Origin: Actinomycetota bacterium
Lineage (GTDB): Bacteria; Actinomycetota; Actinomycetes; S36-B12
Direction: 5' to 3'
DNA: 57,661 nucleotides
Assembly (NCBI GenBank): GCA_027729805.1
Contig: JAQCEO010000004.1
Location: forward strand, 1 to 57,661
The first letter of the stretch is position 1. Every line of letters begins with the position of its first letter. Shown here one piece after another: positions 10,275 to 18,007 of the stretch. The notes under the pieces are model-generated. The model was not told the origin of the DNA. It saw only the letters and a program-made list of their open reading frames with translations, and did no database searches. The position numbers and the translations under genes were made by a program.

Positions 10275-10790
10275 ATGACTCTGTCCACTGCCTTCCGCGC
10301 CTCTGGCATCGCTCTGCTCGCGGCAACTCTGGCAGCGTGCTCGGCATCGGATACGGCTTCGTCTGAGTCCCCTTTGCCGCAACCCACCGCCATCAGCATG
10401 ATCAACGGCGAGGTGCCGCCTGGGACGCCGACGAGCTTGGTCGAGGAAGTGACTTTGCTGACAGTGTCCGAGGATGGACGCGAAACCTTCATCTCCCGCA
10501 CCACTCGAGCACCCGGCACCCGAGCCCCTTTCCACTTCCATCCCAACGGCGGATCCACCTGCGTGGAGGCTGGCGAGATGACCCTGTACCTCGAGGGGGC
10601 AGAGCCGCTCACCGCCGGTCCTGGTGAGTGCTACTGGATGCCCGCCGGTCGCCCCATGACCGCATACAACAGCGGAAACGTCGATGTCGTCTCCATAGAA
10701 AGTTACAATTTTTCTGATGGCGAAAAAGTCTTCGACGCTGTCGAAGAGGTGCAACCCATTCCAGAGCATGGGGACCACGACGGATCCTGA
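10275..10790 (+). CDS. lipoprotein with cupin (double-stranded beta-helix) domain
   Basis: Signal peptide with lipobox LAAC; cupin motifs PGTRAPFHFHP...VEAGEMTL and GPGECYWMPAG; SD GGAGG upstream. Confidence 0.8.
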   Translation: MTLSTAFRASGIALLAATLAACSASDTASSESPLPQPTAISMINGEVPPGTPTSLVEEVTLLTVSEDGRETFISRTTRAPGTRAPFHFHPNGGSTCVEAGEMTLYLEGAEPLTAGPGECYWMPAGRPMTAYNSGNVDVVSIESYNFSDGEKVFDAVEEVQPIPEHGDHDGS

Positions 10791-10955
10791 GAGTCACCTC
10801 TTCGTCGCCCCGATCAGTGGGTTACGAAGCTCGTTGCGCGTCGATTCATTCCTTGGCATGGTGGCGAGGAACTTGAAGAGAATCGTTGGTATCAACGTAG
10901 GTGTCAAACAGCAGAGTCGGTTGCACCCTGATTCGTGATTTACCCAAAAAAATCG

Positions 10956-10983
10956 CGCGCCCGGAAGCACTCGAACCCTCAAC
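10956..10983 (-). pseudogene. tRNA 3'-end remnant (T-arm plus acceptor 3' strand)
   Basis: Minus strand GTT-GAGGG-TTCGAGT-GCTTC-CGGGCGC-G: canonical T-loop, T-stem with one mismatch, acceptor 3' strand and discriminator. Confidence 0.6.
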
Positions 10984-11054
10984 TGGCCGGGTTTAATCGA
11001 CCCGATCAACCACCGCTGACGACCAGCGCCACGGTACCTCCGTAGGCTGGGGCG

Positions 11055-12518
11055 ATGCCCCCGGCACCTGCCCGCACCGCACAAAGTGTCGCGCTAGTGA
11101 CATTGGGTTGTGCGCGCAATGAGGTCGACTCTGAGGAACTCGCTGGCCGGCTCACCGCCGCGGGTTGGACGGTCGTGGATGATCCGGCACTTGCCGATGC
11201 GGTCCTGGTGAATACCTGCGGATTTGTTGACGTCGCCAAGAAGGATTCGATTGACGCACTACTTGGTGTGGCAGCTCTGAAGAGTGAAATTGGTGGGCCT
11301 GGCGTGGTAGTGGCGGTGGGCTGTCTTTCGGAGCGGTACGGGCGTGAACTAGCTGCCGAACTACCTGAAGCTGACGCGGTATTGGGCTTTGATGATTATC
11401 CTGATATTGCCGAGCGGCTAAAAGCGATCGTGGCCGGTGATCGACCGCAGGCCCATCAACCAAAGGACCGGCGCACACTGCTGCCAATTTCACCGGTCGA
11501 TCGCCCAGCGGTTGCTGCCGCGATCCCAGGCCATGGCGAAAATGCGCCGGTAGCTGCGCCCGGGTGGCAGCCACCGATTCTGCGCCGCCGCCTTGACAGC
11601 AGCCCGGTGGCTCCGGTGAAACTGGCATCGGGTTGTGACCGCAGGTGCACCTTTTGTGCGATCCCGACATTTCGTGGGTCATATATTTCGCGGCCCGCCG
11701 CTGACATCATTGCCGAAATCAAGTGGCTCGTTGATCAAGGGGTGCAGGAAGTCATCTTGGTAAGTGAGAATTCGACCTCATACGGTAAGGATCTCGGCGA
11801 CCTTCGACTAATGGAGGGGCTGCTGCCGGCAATCGGCAACGAAACTTCGTTGGGGCGATTGCAGGTTGCATATTTGCAGCCGGCAGAGGTTCGCCCTGGG
11901 CTAATCGAGGCAATGGCCAATACCCCCGTGGTCGCACCGTATTTCGATTTGTCCTTCCAACATGCCAGTAGTTCGCTACTGCGGCGGATGCGCCGCTTTG
12001 GCGGTAGCGAGGACTTTCTGTCACTCATCGAGCGGATAAGGGAGCTAAGCCCAGAAGCCGGTATCAGAAGCAATGTCATAGTTGGTTTTCCGGGTGAGAC
12101 CCAAGCCGAGTTCGACGAATTAGTTGACTTTTTAAACAGGGCGCGGCTAGATGCCGTAGGGGTATTTGGCTATAGCGATGAGGAGGGCACCGAGGCGGCA
12201 ACCTTCGAAGGCAAATTGTCTAGCGAAGTAATTTCGGGCCGAGTCGAATTGATTTCCGCGATAGCCGAAGAAGTCATGGCCCAGCGTGCCGAGGATCGAA
12301 TTGGCACCACTGTGCAGGTCTTGGTCGAGGCCATTGAGATTGCGGACGATGGCGAGCCGACCGGGCGGGTAACCGGCCGCGCTGGGCATCAAGGACCCGA
12401 TGATGGTGCCACCATGATTGACGTCACAAGTGGCGACAACGTAATTCAAATCGGTGACTTCGTTGATGCCAATGTGGTCGATACCGAAGGGGTCGATTTA
12501 CTGGCGGAGCCGGTATGA
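11055..12518 (+). CDS. rimO: ribosomal protein S12 methylthiotransferase
   Basis: [21 protein letters not shown], radical [21 protein letters not shown]-terminal TRAM-like region. Confidence 0.95.
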   Translation: MPPAPARTAQSVALVTLGCARNEVDSEELAGRLTAAGWTVVDDPALADAVLVNTCGFVDVAKKDSIDALLGVAALKSEIGGPGVVVAVGCLSERYGRELAAELPEADAVLGFDDYPDIAERLKAIVAGDRPQAHQPKDRRTLLPISPVDRPAVAAAIPGHGENAPVAAPGWQPPILRRRLDSSPVAPVKLASGCDRRCTFCAIPTFRGSYISRPAADIIAEIKWLVDQGVQEVILVSENSTSYGKDLGDLRLMEGLLPAIGNETSLGRLQVAYLQPAEVRPGLIEAMANTPVVAPYFDLSFQHASSSLLRRMRRFGGSEDFLSLIERIRELSPEAGIRSNVIVGFPGETQAEFDELVDFLNRARLDAVGVFGYSDEEGTEAATFEGKLSSEVISGRVELISAIAEEVMAQRAEDRIGTTVQVLVEAIEIADDGEPTGRVTGRAGHQGPDDGATMIDVTSGDNVIQIGDFVDANVVDTEGVDLLAEPV

Positions 12519-13138
12519 GGCCGGCGAAGCCGGATGCGGCGGGTGATCCAGTCACCGGAACTTCCGCAGCAAATATCGCAAATTTTTTTACGGTGCTACG
12601 CATTGCCTGTGTTCCACTAATGGTGTTCCTGCTATTTGCTCGGGGTGGTCATGACGTCGAAATGCGTTGGTGGGCGGCCGTAGTCTTCGTCTTTGCGGCA
12701 TTAACGGATCTATTGGATGGTGCAATTGCGCGTCGCAAAGGCTTGGTCACCAACTTCGGGAAAATCGCGGACCCAATTGCCGATAAGGCACTTATTGGTG
12801 CGGCCTTGATTTCACTTTCCATCCTTGGTGATCTGGCTTGGTGGGTGACCATTGTGATTTTAGTCCGTGAGTTGGGCGTAACCGCGTTGCGCTTTTGGGT
12901 AATTGAGCATGGGGTGATCCCGGTGAGTCGGGGCGGCAAGGCTAAGACCGTTGCTCAGGGAGTGGCAATCACGATGTACATCACACAGTTTCCGGATCTA
13001 CTTTGGTGGCCGACCGCCAGCATGCTCCTGATGGCCTTTGCCGTCATCCTTACCTTGGTTACCGGTGTTGACTACGTCGTACGCGCCATGCGACTACGTG
13101 GTGCGGCAAAAGTGCAATCAATTAGCGAGACAACATGA
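12515..13138 (+). CDS. pgsA: CDP-diacylglycerol--glycerol-3-phosphate 3-phosphatidyltransferase
   Basis: [31 protein letters not shown]-alcohol phosphotransferase motif; GKAKT. Confidence 0.93.
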   Translation: MRPAKPDAAGDPVTGTSAANIANFFTVLRIACVPLMVFLLFARGGHDVEMRWWAAVVFVFAALTDLLDGAIARRKGLVTNFGKIADPIADKALIGAALISLSILGDLAWWVTIVILVRELGVTALRFWVIEHGVIPVSRGGKAKTVAQGVAITMYITQFPDLLWWPTASMLLMAFAVILTLVTGVDYVVRAMRLRGAAKVQSISETT

Positions 13139-13611
13139 CGACGGCAGCGGCCGTAGTAGCAGCCTGCATCAGCCAGGGCGTCACGCTGGCCACCGCTGAG
13201 TCACTAACCGCGGGACTAGTTGCCGCACAGCTAGCTGAGGTACCCGGTTGCTCGGCCATGCTGCGAGGTGGGGTGGTTGCCTACGCAACCGAGGTAAAGG
13301 CGCAGGTCTTGGGTTTGGACCCGATGTTATTGGAGCAGGTGGTTAGTGAACCGGTGGCGGTAGCGCTCGCGCGCGCGGTGACCGGAGTCCTTGGCAGTGA
13401 CATCGGGGTCGGCACCACCGGGGTGGCCGGCCCGGACTGGCTGGCTGGCGAGCCACCAGGAACAGTGTGGATTGCGGTGTTTGATGCCCGGACAAAACAC
13501 TCACTCGCCGAAAAATTGATGCTGCCCGGGGGTCGGGCCGCGGTTCGGGAGGGGGCCGTGCAGGCCAGTTTTGACCTGGTACTTCGACTATTGACACCTG
13601 CTGGGGAATAG
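13135..13611 (+). CDS. cinA: CinA C-terminal domain protein (PncC-like NMN amidohydrolase)
   Basis: AESLTAGLV, GGVVAYA..VK, TTGVAGP, GTVWIAV. Confidence 0.9.
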   Translation: MTTAAAVVAACISQGVTLATAESLTAGLVAAQLAEVPGCSAMLRGGVVAYATEVKAQVLGLDPMLLEQVVSEPVAVALARAVTGVLGSDIGVGTTGVAGPDWLAGEPPGTVWIAVFDARTKHSLAEKLMLPGGRAAVREGAVQASFDLVLRLLTPAGE

Positions 13612-13698
13612 GACCCGGAGGCGGCCGGTTAAAGTAGGGGCAGGGGGAAGTGGCCGATCTGGTGGATCCGGGTTAGCATTTGCTAAAGGGAGGTCAAG

Positions 13699-13974
13699 AT
13701 GATCGTGCTTCGGCAGGTAGTCGGTGACGAACTTCGTCGTCGCCGGCAGGATCAAGGTCGCACCCTTCGTGATGTTTCGGCCGCAGCGGCGGTCTCACTT
13801 GGTTACCTTTCTGAAGTTGAGCGTGGCCAAAAGGAAGCATCGAGTGAGTTACTCGCGGCAATTTGTGGCGCCCTTGATGTGCCGCTTTCGGCGGTACTCT
13901 CCTCGGTCAGTTCGAATATGGCTGAAGCTGAGACCGGTGACTTTGTACCCCGAGTTTCAGCACTGGTTATCTAA
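13699..13974 (+). CDS. clgR: ClgR-like XRE family transcriptional regulator
   Basis: [47 protein letters not shown]; position after cinA. Confidence 0.85.
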   Translation: MIVLRQVVGDELRRRRQDQGRTLRDVSAAAAVSLGYLSEVERGQKEASSELLAAICGALDVPLSAVLSSVSSNMAEAETGDFVPRVSALVI

Positions 13975-13980
13975 CTTTCG

Positions 13981-14172
13981 GTGAGCCTGGCGGATTTCTG
14001 GGAGCGGATGGACTTCGTGTTGGGGCCCGTCTACTCGCGGTCGTGGGCCAATGATTTCGTCCTTACCGGTATTGGGCTCACGGTTGTTCAAGCAATTGCC
14101 GCCGGGGTCGAAACCCGGGAGATCTGGCGGGCGGTCTGCGCGGCTACTGAGGTACCGAGCGCTTTGATCTAG
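13981..14172 (+). CDS. DUF3046 domain protein
   Basis: FWERM..VLG..Y..SWA.D.VL..IG.TV.QA..AG...REIWRAVC; conserved position upstream of recA. Confidence 0.85.
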   Translation: MSLADFWERMDFVLGPVYSRSWANDFVLTGIGLTVVQAIAAGVETREIWRAVCAATEVPSALI

Positions 14173-14182
14173 GGTCGATCCC

Positions 14183-14887
14183 ATGCGGCTGCGGCGCGAG
14201 GCTCCAAAGAATCTCTCGTATGTCACGGTAGTGACCTACGGCCGCACGGGCAGTACGGCAATTCAAGCGAGCCTTAATGCCTTGCCGGGCGTCTTGGTGC
14301 GCGGTGAAAATTACGCGGCAATGCGCGGGCTGGGCACCTATCTGCAGTCGATCGCAGAAGTTGCCGACCGCCACCACGCCGGTAAGCCGACCCACCCTTG
14401 GTACGGATCGGCGAACCTAGATCCGAATGCGTTGTTGGCAGATATTCGGCGCCATGTCCTTGAGCATGTGCTGCGGCCTAAGGCCGATACCTGCTGGATT
14501 GGGTTCAAGGAGGTGCGCTATGAGCCAGGGCATTTTGCTGCCTATGACGAACTCTTGCAGCATTTGGTTTTCCTAGGACGACTATTTCCTGGTTTGCGGT
14601 ACTTGATGAATGTTCGTGCGCCAGCCGATGCAGCGCGCAGTGGCTGGTGGCCGGATAACCCTGATGCCCTCGAGGTACTAACAACCACTCGCGCATGGCT
14701 ACTGGAGTCGGTCACAGATCTCAATGACTTCTTTGGATCACATCGGGCGTCAGGTGTGGCTTATGAGGAATGGTCTACGGACCCGCAGGTTTTGATCAAT
14801 GCTTATGCTGGCCTAGGTTTGCCCCGGGCTGATCAGGCGGTCCGAGCGGCGCTAGCCGAACGTCTTGAGCATGGTTCGCACCAGTGA
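14183..14887 (+). CDS. PAPS-dependent sulfotransferase family protein
   Basis: 5'-PSB loop TYGRTGSTAIQ..LNALPGVLVRGEN, GFKEVR, 3'-PB-like NVRAPADAARS. Confidence 0.75.
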   Translation: MRLRREAPKNLSYVTVVTYGRTGSTAIQASLNALPGVLVRGENYAAMRGLGTYLQSIAEVADRHHAGKPTHPWYGSANLDPNALLADIRRHVLEHVLRPKADTCWIGFKEVRYEPGHFAAYDELLQHLVFLGRLFPGLRYLMNVRAPADAARSGWWPDNPDALEVLTTTRAWLLESVTDLNDFFGSHRASGVAYEEWSTDPQVLINAYAGLGLPRADQAVRAALAERLEHGSHQ

Positions 14888-14903
14888 TGACCACACTAAT
14901 TTG

Positions 14904-16175
14904 ATGGCGACACAAATTGCCCTTTCGGTTGCTGCCGTCGCCGCTGTGCAAAAGCGCACCATCTGGGTGCTGTCGTCGGCGCAGGTATTAAGTGGCATTG
15001 CAATCGCTGGCGCGGTGCCTGTCGGCGCACTAATAGCCGCTTCAATTGCTGGGTCAGATGCCGCTGCTGGGTTGGCTCAAACATTTGGCATTGTGGGCTC
15101 AGCGCTAATTGCGTTGCCACTGGCCCAAATTGCCTTGAGTCGGGGCCGGCGGGTGGCGTTAAGCACCGGCTTCGGTATCGGTGCGGTGGGCGCAGTGATA
15201 ATTATTTATGGTGCGGTGCTGCGTAATCTGGCGCTGGTCTACCTGGGTTGCACCGTCTTTGGCGCAGCGTCGGCCGCCGGGTATCAAGCCCGCTATACGG
15301 CAATTGATCTGGCCCCAGCAGATCACCGTGCGCGCGCCCTTTCTTGGGTGGTGTGGGCGGGTACCATCGGGGCGGTACTTGGGCCAAATCTGTTGAATTT
15401 TTCCGGCTCGATCGGGATGTCACTTGGCCTACCGCAACTATCCGGGCCCTATATTGTCTCCGCAATCACCTTGGTTGCGGCTACCGTCGTTCTCTTTTTG
15501 TTTTTGCGGCCAGATCCCTATCTACTGGCTACCGCCAATCGCGCCGCCGAATCGGGTGTAGCCCCGCGCCCTAAGTTGCGTGACGCTCTAGGGCACGTGC
15601 GCGGGCGCCCCCGGGCCATCTTGGGCATCGCCGCGGTGGCGATCGGGCATGTGGTGATGGTGATGGTGATGGTGATGACGCCGATCCAGATGGCCCATGT
15701 TGATGTGTCCTTGCAAATCATTGGGCTGGTAATCAGCGTGCACGTGGCCGGCATGTATGCGTTTTCCCCGTTGGTTGGGTGGGGTGTCGACCGGCTGGGT
15801 CGAATTCAGGTCATAGTAATTGGGATTGGTATTTTGACCGCCGCCTGCATCACCGCCGGTTTGGCCCCGGGCGATAACACCTGGCAGCTGGGTATCGGCT
15901 TGTTCTTGCTGGGGTTGGGCTGGTCCTGCACACTGATTGCTGGGTCAACCATGCTGACCGATGAAGTGGCCGCGGCTGACCGGCCGGCGGTGCAGGGGCT
16001 ATCGGATCTGGTCATGAATGTCGCCGGCGGGGTTGGTGGTGCCAGCGCGGGGGTGATCGTGCTCCTCGCCTCGTATTCGGCCCTATGCGGGGCTTCGCTG
16101 GTGCCCCTAATCGGCCTCGGGGTGCTCGTTGCGCTCCCGGCGTGTCGTCGCCATTCGAACACCCGTTCGATATAG
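14904..16175 (+). CDS. MFS transporter
   Basis: About 12 hydrophobic helices, GRRVAL and DRLGR loop motifs, QARYTAIDLA; start uncertain (14865-14904). Confidence 0.9.
   Translation: MATQIALSVAAVAAVQKRTIWVLSSAQVLSGIAIAGAVPVGALIAASIAGSDAAAGLAQTFGIVGSALIALPLAQIALSRGRRVALSTGFGIGAVGAVIIIYGAVLRNLALVYLGCTVFGAASAAGYQARYTAIDLAPADHRARALSWVVWAGTIGAVLGPNLLNFSGSIGMSLGLPQLSGPYIVSAITLVAATVVLFLFLRPDPYLLATANRAAESGVAPRPKLRDALGHVRGRPRAILGIAAVAIGHVVMVMVMVMTPIQMAHVDVSLQIIGLVISVHVAGMYAFSPLVGWGVDRLGRIQVIVIGIGILTAACITAGLAPGDNTWQLGIGLFLLGLGWSCTLIAGSTMLTDEVAAADRPAVQGLSDLVMNVAGGVGGASAGVIVLLASYSALCGASLVPLIGLGVLVALPACRRHSNTRSI
16155..16170. promoter_or_regulatory. actinobacterial LexA (SOS) box upstream of recA
   Basis: TCGAACACCCGTTCGA matches TCGAAC-N4-GTTCGA perfectly. 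Confidence 0.85.
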
Positions 16176-16245
16176 ATTCCTGTCACGAGATCAGGTGGGT
16201 TTGTATCCACACCGGCTAGTTCGGTGGTGGCTGCCAGCCCGCCGG

Positions 16246-16267
16246 TGTCAGAGGGTCGGCTTAGCTT
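16246..16267 (+). promoter_or_regulatory. RecA-NDp (PafBC-type, LexA-independent) promoter motif for recA
   Basis: TGTCAG-N10-TAGCTT matches the TGTCRG-N10-TAnnnT motif. Confidence 0.65.
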
Positions 16268-16313
16268 TCGTACTGCAACGAACATGACCACCGACAGATA
16301 GGGAGAACCACCC

Positions 16314-17429
16314 ATGGCCAGTACCGCCGGTGACCGTGAGAAGGCCCTGGAGGCCGCTCTCGCCCAAATCGAACGGCAATTCGGCAAAGGCTCCGTGATG
16401 CGATTGGGTGAGGAGGGTCGAATCCCGATCGATGTGATCCCGACCGGCTCGATCGCCCTAGACGTGGCCCTTGGTATTGGCGGGCTGCCGCGCGGTCGCA
16501 TCGTGGAGATCTACGGCCCCGAATCATCAGGTAAGACCACCTTGGCCTTACACGCCATCGCCAATGTGCAGGCTGCCGGTGGACTAGCCGCCTTCATCGA
16601 CGCCGAGCACGCCCTTGATCCCGATTACGCCTCACGGTTGGGCATTGACCTCGACAGTTTGTATGTCTCCCAGCCCGATACCGGGGAGCAGGCCCTTGAG
16701 ATTACCGACACTTTGGTGCGATCGGGCGCCCTTGACCTCATCGTGATCGACTCCGTCGCCGCGTTGGTCCCACGCGCCGAAATCGAAGGTGAAATGGGTG
16801 ATAGCCACGTTGGCTTGCAAGCGCGCTTGATGAGTCAGGCGCTGCGCAAGATGGCCGGTGCCCTGAGCAATACGAACACGACCTGTATTTTCATCAATCA
16901 GTTGCGCGAGAAGATCGGCGTGATGTTCGGCTCACCGGAAACCACGACCGGCGGAAAAGCCTTGAAGTTTTATTCGTCGGTGCGCCTTGACGTACGGCGA
17001 ATCGAAACCCTTAAGGGTGGAACCGAGGCGGTGGGTAACCGGACTCGAGTCAAGGTTGTAAAGAACAAGGTTGCTCCACCCTTTAAGCAGGCCGAGTTTG
17101 ACATCTTGTACGGCGAGGGCATCTCGCGCGAGGGTTCACTTATTGATGTTGGAGTTGACCAAGGGATAGTAAAAAAGTCTGGTGCTTGGTTCACCTATGA
17201 GGCCGATCAGTTGGGTCAGGGTAAAGAGAATGCGCGGACTTTCTTGAAGGACAATCCAGATTTGGCTAATGAAATTGAAAAGCGGATCAAGGAGCAGATG
17301 GGCATCGGTGCTAAACTCGATGCCCCTGCCGACCTACCGGTAGTGGCGTTGTCGGAGGCATCAAGTGCCCCCGAGGTGGCGACAAAGCGCACGGGTAAAT
17401 CCACTGTGAACCCAATTGATATGGAATAG
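16314..17429 (+). CDS. recA: recombinase RecA, no intein
   Basis: [47 protein letters not shown]. Confidence 0.99.
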   Translation: MASTAGDREKALEAALAQIERQFGKGSVMRLGEEGRIPIDVIPTGSIALDVALGIGGLPRGRIVEIYGPESSGKTTLALHAIANVQAAGGLAAFIDAEHALDPDYASRLGIDLDSLYVSQPDTGEQALEITDTLVRSGALDLIVIDSVAALVPRAEIEGEMGDSHVGLQARLMSQALRKMAGALSNTNTTCIFINQLREKIGVMFGSPETTTGGKALKFYSSVRLDVRRIETLKGGTEAVGNRTRVKVVKNKVAPPFKQAEFDILYGEGISREGSLIDVGVDQGIVKKSGAWFTYEADQLGQGKENARTFLKDNPDLANEIEKRIKEQMGIGAKLDAPADLPVVALSEASSAPEVATKRTGKSTVNPIDME

Positions 17430-17436
17430 CGAGCCG

Positions 17437-17925
17437 ATGGAGCAGGAGCTTTCGGCGCAAGAGTTAGCGCAGGAGGCGCGAACCATCGTGCTGCGAAAAC
17501 TGAATTATGGGGCACGTACCCGATCCGAGTTAGCCGGTAATCTAGTGGCTGCCCAGATACCGGACTCGGTAGCTGCGAAGGTTCTTGATCACTATGTCGC
17601 GGTGGGTCTAATCGATGATGCGGTACTTGCTGAGTCATGGGTGACGACGCGCCAGCGCACCAAGGGCAGTACTCGGTGGGTGCTTAGGCGTGAGCTACGT
17701 GCGAAGGGGGTAAGTGACCTCGACGCCGAGGCGGCCCTAGCACTTGTTACCGACGATGACGAATTCCAGCGGGCAAAGTTACTAATCGCCACGAAATTGC
17801 GGGCCACCGAGCACTTAGCCCAGGCGGTCCGAACCCGGCGCCTAATGGGGCTGCTAATCCGCCGGGGCTACCAACCTAAATTGGCGAGTTCGGTGATCTC
17901 CGAGGCGCTGGGGGATTGCGACTAA
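17437..17925 (+). CDS. recX: regulatory protein RecX
   Basis: RTRSEL, GLIDDAVLAESWV, LRRELRAKGV, RRLMGLLIRRGY; directly after recA. Confidence 0.92.
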   Translation: MEQELSAQELAQEARTIVLRKLNYGARTRSELAGNLVAAQIPDSVAAKVLDHYVAVGLIDDAVLAESWVTTRQRTKGSTRWVLRRELRAKGVSDLDAEAALALVTDDDEFQRAKLLIATKLRATEHLAQAVRTRRLMGLLIRRGYQPKLASSVISEALGDCD

Positions 17926-18007
17926 AGTCACAGAATTTCGATTTGCGGACCCGGCGAATTTCGGGCTTAATTTAGTCTTTCTGGTAATCAACGTGAGGTG
18001 TGTTCGC

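Larger units (their letters stand above)
9556..11006. mobile_element. degenerate integrated element / mini genomic island bounded by imperfect direct repeats
   Basis: TTTAATCGACCGGAT (9556-9570) and TTTAATCGACCCGAT (10992-11006), 14/15 identical. Interrupts the rodZ-rimO adjacency; internal genes appear more GC3-rich than the host; no integrase present. Confidence 0.6.

Noticed and set aside
10233-10778. 181-aa ORF antisense to the cupin
   Set aside because: No motif; the cupin strand has SD, lipobox and cupin signature
10956-11029. Functional tRNA gene
   Set aside because: No U33, mismatches in acceptor and T stems, no position 26, no CCA; kept only as a remnant
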